DNA of 41,571 nucleotides from the NCBI GenBank assembly GCA_051382335.1, contig JBBCAX010000077.1:1-41571 (forward strand), read 5' to 3'. Shown here piece by piece: positions 37,621 through 41,571 of this stretch (position 1 is the first letter of the stretch; every line of letters starts with the position of its first letter). This stretch comes from Deltaproteobacteria bacterium TL4 (lineage in GTDB: Bacteria; SAR324; NAC60-12). A program made the translations under genes and the position numbers. The notes below the pieces were generated by a model. It saw only the letters and a list, made by a program, of their open reading frames with translations. It was not told where the DNA came from and ran no database searches.

Positions 37621-37953
37621 TTACTCAGGATCTATAAAGAGAGAAGGCTCTTCCAGAGAGGGTGGGTCTTCAAAAAGAGAAGGTTCTCTCTCCGCAGACC
37701 TTTTCAGTTTTTCAAAGGCTTCTCTTAGAATTTGTGGATTTCCATCATCCAGGACTTGCATTTGAATTTTAAGGAGTGCTTCCGTATAAGGGAATTCGTT
37801 TCTCAAAGTAGGTACAAGGGACTCATATTCTTCGTGGATCTCTAGTATCAGTTTTTTTGCTTCAGGTGTTAACGTTGATGACATACTGTTCATAAAAGCT
37901 AGGGTGGGTATTAACAGGAGACTACGTAACATCTTCTGATTTTGTAAAAACAC
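37621..37953 (-). CDS. Hypothetical protein (start probably internal, ~37893)
   Basis: Helical charged C-terminal part; no competing ORF. Confidence 0.45.
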   Translation of the reverse strand: MFLQNQKMLRSLLLIPTLAFMNSMSSTLTPEAKKLILEIHEEYESLVPTLRNEFPYTEALLKIQMQVLDDGNPQILREAFEKLKRSAEREPSLFEDPPSLEEPSLFIDPE

Positions 37954-38028
37954 CAGTTCCGTTTGGTCGCCTAATTGGCTGTTACTAGTTGGGTACTATG
38001 GATATTCGCTTAAATAACTGCAACCTAG

Positions 38029-38060
38029 AAAAGTGGTAGCCGCAAAAAGTGGTAGCCGCA
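38029..38060 (+). repeat. 16-bp tandem duplication AAAAGTGGTAGCCGCA x2
   Basis: Exact adjacent copies at 38029-38044 and 38045-38060. Confidence 0.85.
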
Positions 38061-38181
38061 GATTCCGTCCCGAGGATTAGGGCTGGTTTTTTATAAAGCC
38101 GACACTGCTCCCTAACAGCTAACACCCATTTTGTGATGATACCTATTAAGGCACTACTCGAACAGACAAGAACTTCACTGT

Positions 38182-38997
38182 GTGTCCATTGTTGAGTTTC
38201 AATTAATGAAAACTGTTCAAATGATGATAATCGTTTTGTGTATTCACCTCACTCTCATGAGTTCTGAGGTCGAAGCACATTTTGAAAGTCTGATTCAATA
38301 TGACCTCCGCTCTCACTGGTTACCCATGCTGGGAGATATGGATCTGGCAAACCGTTATGAAGCAACCCAAACCTTGCTCCTGTTTCCTCAATGGTCATTG
38401 CCTGTTTTAAGAGAATCCCTGACTGAACCCCAATATTCATCCTTCCATTGGCGTATCGCGTTTCTGTTGGGAGTCCTCGGCGATCCCCAAGATATAGATT
38501 TACTACTCCAGAACTTTATCCAAACAGATCCTCCTTTCCAAAGAAAGGTCTGGATCGGCGCATTGGAGCGGATTTACTGGCGTTACCGTGTTCCCGCCAG
38601 TACCCGATTATTGGTAACACGACTCAGTTTTATTGCGACCGCTGAACGTTCCACGGACGAAAAATCATTGGAAAACGCACTCATTGGAATCCTGTTCTAC
38701 AAGATTGTCAATCCAGATATTCAAGCTCGCCTGGTTCGTGTTCAAGTTGATGTATGGAACGCTCAACTTCCGCAAAATTTTCCTCTACAGTATCATTGGA
38801 TTTTATCTGGAAGGGATATTGAGGCTAAGGTTCCCTTGGAATTACATCCTCGTGAGGAGGCCAATACCGTTCGTATTGATTTTAAAGTGAAAGAAGTCGG
38901 AGGAACGGAAACGCTTGCTTACTATCATACCGAAATCCCTGTCTTAACGCCTCCCGCACCAAGGGAAACTCCAATAGAACCTCCAAAACTTCAATAA
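38182..38997 (+). CDS. Secreted hypothetical protein with a HEAT-like helical region and a beta-rich C-terminal region (start probably 38206)
   Basis: Signal peptide; RIAFLLGVLGDPQDIDLLLQ resembles a HEAT/PBS-lyase repeat. Confidence 0.7.
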   Translation: MSIVEFQLMKTVQMMIIVLCIHLTLMSSEVEAHFESLIQYDLRSHWLPMLGDMDLANRYEATQTLLLFPQWSLPVLRESLTEPQYSSFHWRIAFLLGVLGDPQDIDLLLQNFIQTDPPFQRKVWIGALERIYWRYRVPASTRLLVTRLSFIATAERSTDEKSLENALIGILFYKIVNPDIQARLVRVQVDVWNAQLPQNFPLQYHWILSGRDIEAKVPLELHPREEANTVRIDFKVKEVGGTETLAYYHTEIPVLTPPAPRETPIEPPKLQ

Positions 38998-39012
38998 GGT
39001 GAGAGGACATTC

Positions 39013-40029
39013 ATGAAAGCGATGGTTTTGGAAAATCCTCAGCCTATTGATGTTTTTCCCTTAAAACTAAGGGATATTCCTGTCCCTGAGCCCAAACCCG
39101 GGGAAATTTTGGTGAAGGTCAGGGTTTGTGCGATATGCCGTACCGACTTACACGTAGTCGAAGGAGAATTGCAACCTGTGGTTCCTTTTATCATTCCAGG
39201 ACATCAAGTCGTGGGTGTTGTTGAACAAAATGGAGCGGGATGTTCACGTTTCTCCGTAGGGGACAGAGTGGGAATCGCCTGGTTGAACTCAACATGTCAA
39301 GTCTGTGAGTATTGCACCCATCAACAGGAAAATTTATGTGAGCATTCAACCTATACGGGTTGGCATGTTCATGGCGGATACGCTGAATATTGTGTTGCTC
39401 CAGAGTCTTTCGTCTATGCCATTCCAGCGATTTTCACAGATCAACAAGCAGCGCCCTTATTATGTGCAGGGATCATTGGTTATCGTGCTTTAAAAAGAAG
39501 TGCCCTTTGCCCCGGAGACAAGTTAGGAGTGTATGGATTCGGAGCCTCAGCACATATTGCGATCCAAGTTGCTCAGTATTGGCAGTGTGAAGTTTATGTG
39601 GTGACACGTAATCCAGAACACCAACTCTTGGCCAGAGAGATGGGTGCCCGATGGGCAGGAGAAGATGCGGACCAGCTTCCTTCTTCCGTTAATTCAGCTA
39701 TTATCTTTGCTCCTTCCGGGGAATTAATTCCCATCGCACTCAAGCATTTGGTTAAAGGCGGAACGCTGGCCCTGGCAGGTATTTATATGACGCCTACCCC
39801 ATCAATGGAATATGAAGCTTGTCTGTTTTACGAAAAAAACATCAAAAGTGTGACAGCGAATACCCGTGCTGATGGCGAGGCGTTATTGAAAGTCGCCGCA
39901 AAAATTCCAGTCATTGCTCAGACCACAGCTTTTCCTCTTGAAAAAGCCAATGAAGCCCTTCAAATGCTCAAGAATAAGGGAATCCAAGGTGCGGGAATAT
40001 TAGAAATTGGAATAGGTGGTCCTGAATAG
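39013..40029 (+). CDS. Zinc-dependent alcohol dehydrogenase family protein
   Basis: ICRTDLH, GHQVVG, structural Zn CQVCEYC...ENLC, PLLCAGIIGYRAL, GFGASAH. Confidence 0.96.
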   Translation: MKAMVLENPQPIDVFPLKLRDIPVPEPKPGEILVKVRVCAICRTDLHVVEGELQPVVPFIIPGHQVVGVVEQNGAGCSRFSVGDRVGIAWLNSTCQVCEYCTHQQENLCEHSTYTGWHVHGGYAEYCVAPESFVYAIPAIFTDQQAAPLLCAGIIGYRALKRSALCPGDKLGVYGFGASAHIAIQVAQYWQCEVYVVTRNPEHQLLAREMGARWAGEDADQLPSSVNSAIIFAPSGELIPIALKHLVKGGTLALAGIYMTPTPSMEYEACLFYEKNIKSVTANTRADGEALLKVAAKIPVIAQTTAFPLEKANEALQMLKNKGIQGAGILEIGIGGPE

Positions 40030-40060
40030 GTGGGACGTAGCAGGTTGGTTTTTCCGAAGT

Positions 40061-41443
40061 TCATGGTCTGTCGCCCTTAACGCAAACGTTGGCTAGTGCA
40101 GGAAGATCAATCTGAAATGAAGTTCCTTTTCCTTGGCCACTTTGCACTTCAATAGAGCCCTGATGTGATTGTACAATACCATAAACTAATGATAGTCCTA
40201 ACCCTGTCCCTTTTTTTACTTCTTTAGTGGTAAAAAAAGGAGTAAATATTTTTGGCTGAATTTCCTTGGAAATACCACATCCTGTGTCTTTAACCTGGAT
40301 CCTGACCACACCGTTTGCAGAAGCGAAGCCTCCGTTTAAGGCTGAAAGATGTTCTATTTTAATTTCAATTTTCCCTTCTGTTTCTGAAATCGCATGATAA
40401 GCGTTGGTACACAAATTAACCATAACTTGGTGGATTTCAGTCGCATTGCCGTTCACCATCGGAAGTTCTGAAGAGATTTGTGTTTGAATTTCAATATGAG
40501 AGGGAATGATGGCTCTCATCATTTTACAAGTTTCTTCTATTAGAGGTCCAACCTGTAGTGGGGTTCGCTCAACAGCTGAAGATCTGCTAAATGTTAATAA
40601 ATTTTTCACAATGATGGTGCTACGTTCACAATTTTTTTGAATCGTTTCAATAAATTTGTATTCCTCTTGTTTCGGAGATATATACGTCAGACACAAGTCA
40701 GCATGACCGCTTATAATACCAATAATATTGTTGAACTCATGAGCAATTCCAGCAACAAAGGTTCCAAGGGCTTCCATTTTCTGTGCATGAAACAATTGTT
40801 TTTCCAGTTCTTTTTTTTCTTTTTCCTCTTTCTTTTTCTCAGTAATATCCCAGAAAATACCTAGTACACCTTGAACTTTTCCATTTTCATCTTTTACAGG
40901 GACTTTAATAGTTGAAACAACATAATCGATTCCATTAATTCTATAATTTTCTTCGATTTCCTGAGAAACCCCTGTTTCAATAATGCGTTTGTCATCATTA
41001 CGATATTTATTAGCAAGTTCTCTAGGAAAAAAGTGATAGTCGTTATTACCAGCGATTTCGTGAGCAGAAATGGATAAGTCTTTGGCGAAAGCTTGGTTAC
41101 AGGAGACATAAGTTAAGTTTCTATCTTTATAAAAATTTTTTTGAGGAAGGTTTTCAATGAGTATTTTATATTTGTCTTCACTTTGGGTCAATTGTTTTTC
41201 TGTTTTGTTTCGTTCAAATACTTCTTGGTAAAGATTGGTATATAACCGGGACTTTTCAATGGAAATTCCGATATGCGGAGACAAAGAGTCAATCATTTTT
41301 GAATGTTCGGCATTGAAAGCACTGTTGAAATGCTGATTTTCAAAATATAAAAGGCCGATTATTTCGTCATAATGGAAAATCGGGGAGCATAAAATCGACA
41401 AGTGTGTGAACGCAGAGATGTAGGTGTCATTAGGAAAGGATTG
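40061..41443 (-). pseudogene. 5'-truncated GAF(partial)-PAS-histidine kinase
   Basis: H-box AGIAHEFNN, NLCTNA, DTGCG, PFFTTK, GTGLGL. The open frame begins mid-GAF (QSFPNDTYI...SILCSPI) immediately after an in-frame TGA at 41444-41446. Confidence 0.7.
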
Positions 41444-41524
41444 TCAATACCTTCGCCAAATTTGTAGCAGTGTAAAACAAAAAAATCAGAAATGACCTGA
41501 AACATGAGGAACAATCTAATAGTC

Positions 41525-41570
41525 TGTTTGTGTACAAACAAAACAAACTTTTTAGGAGGAGTTCCCCATG
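41525..41570 (+). promoter_or_regulatory. Palindromic site, RBS and start codon of a + strand gene running off the window
   Basis: TGTTTGT-gt-ACAAACA (41525-41540), AGGAGG (41554-41559), ATG (41568-41570). Confidence 0.5.
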
Positions 41571-41571
41571 T

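Overview
Bacterial chromosomal window, mostly + strand genes. A deltaproteobacteria-like (possibly SAR324-like) origin is only a tentative guess from gene content. In order: a nested inverted-repeat/REP-like palindrome assembly (127-623); tRNA-His and tRNA-Arg(UCG); an FtsX-like gene; a protein of eight tandem zinc-ribbon repeats; an MCP; an MMPL/RND + LolA-like + DUF1302-like barrel + TetR operon; an AbiEi/AbiEii type IV TA pair; a MITE carrying a REP doublet; a ~13 kb signalling cluster; a PurD-like ATP-grasp enzyme; rpsU; an HD hydrolase; ispE; a lytic transglycosylase; fliL-fliL-fliN-fliO-fliP; a pentapeptide-repeat lipoprotein; a Zn-ADH; and a 5'-truncated GAF-PAS histidine kinase. The signalling cluster holds a REC-cNMP-HPt-CheA-like kinase without CheW, an unknown-domain/REC protein, a pseudo-receiver coiled-coil protein, a helical protein, a membrane adenylate cyclase and a sigma54 activator lacking a recognisable HTH. 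Best candidates for undescribed biology: the signalling cluster, the terminal-inverted-repeat shells carrying different REP doublets, the 8x zinc-ribbon protein, and a rod-like hairpin upstream of fliL. All domain calls come from motif recognition by eye; no searches were run.
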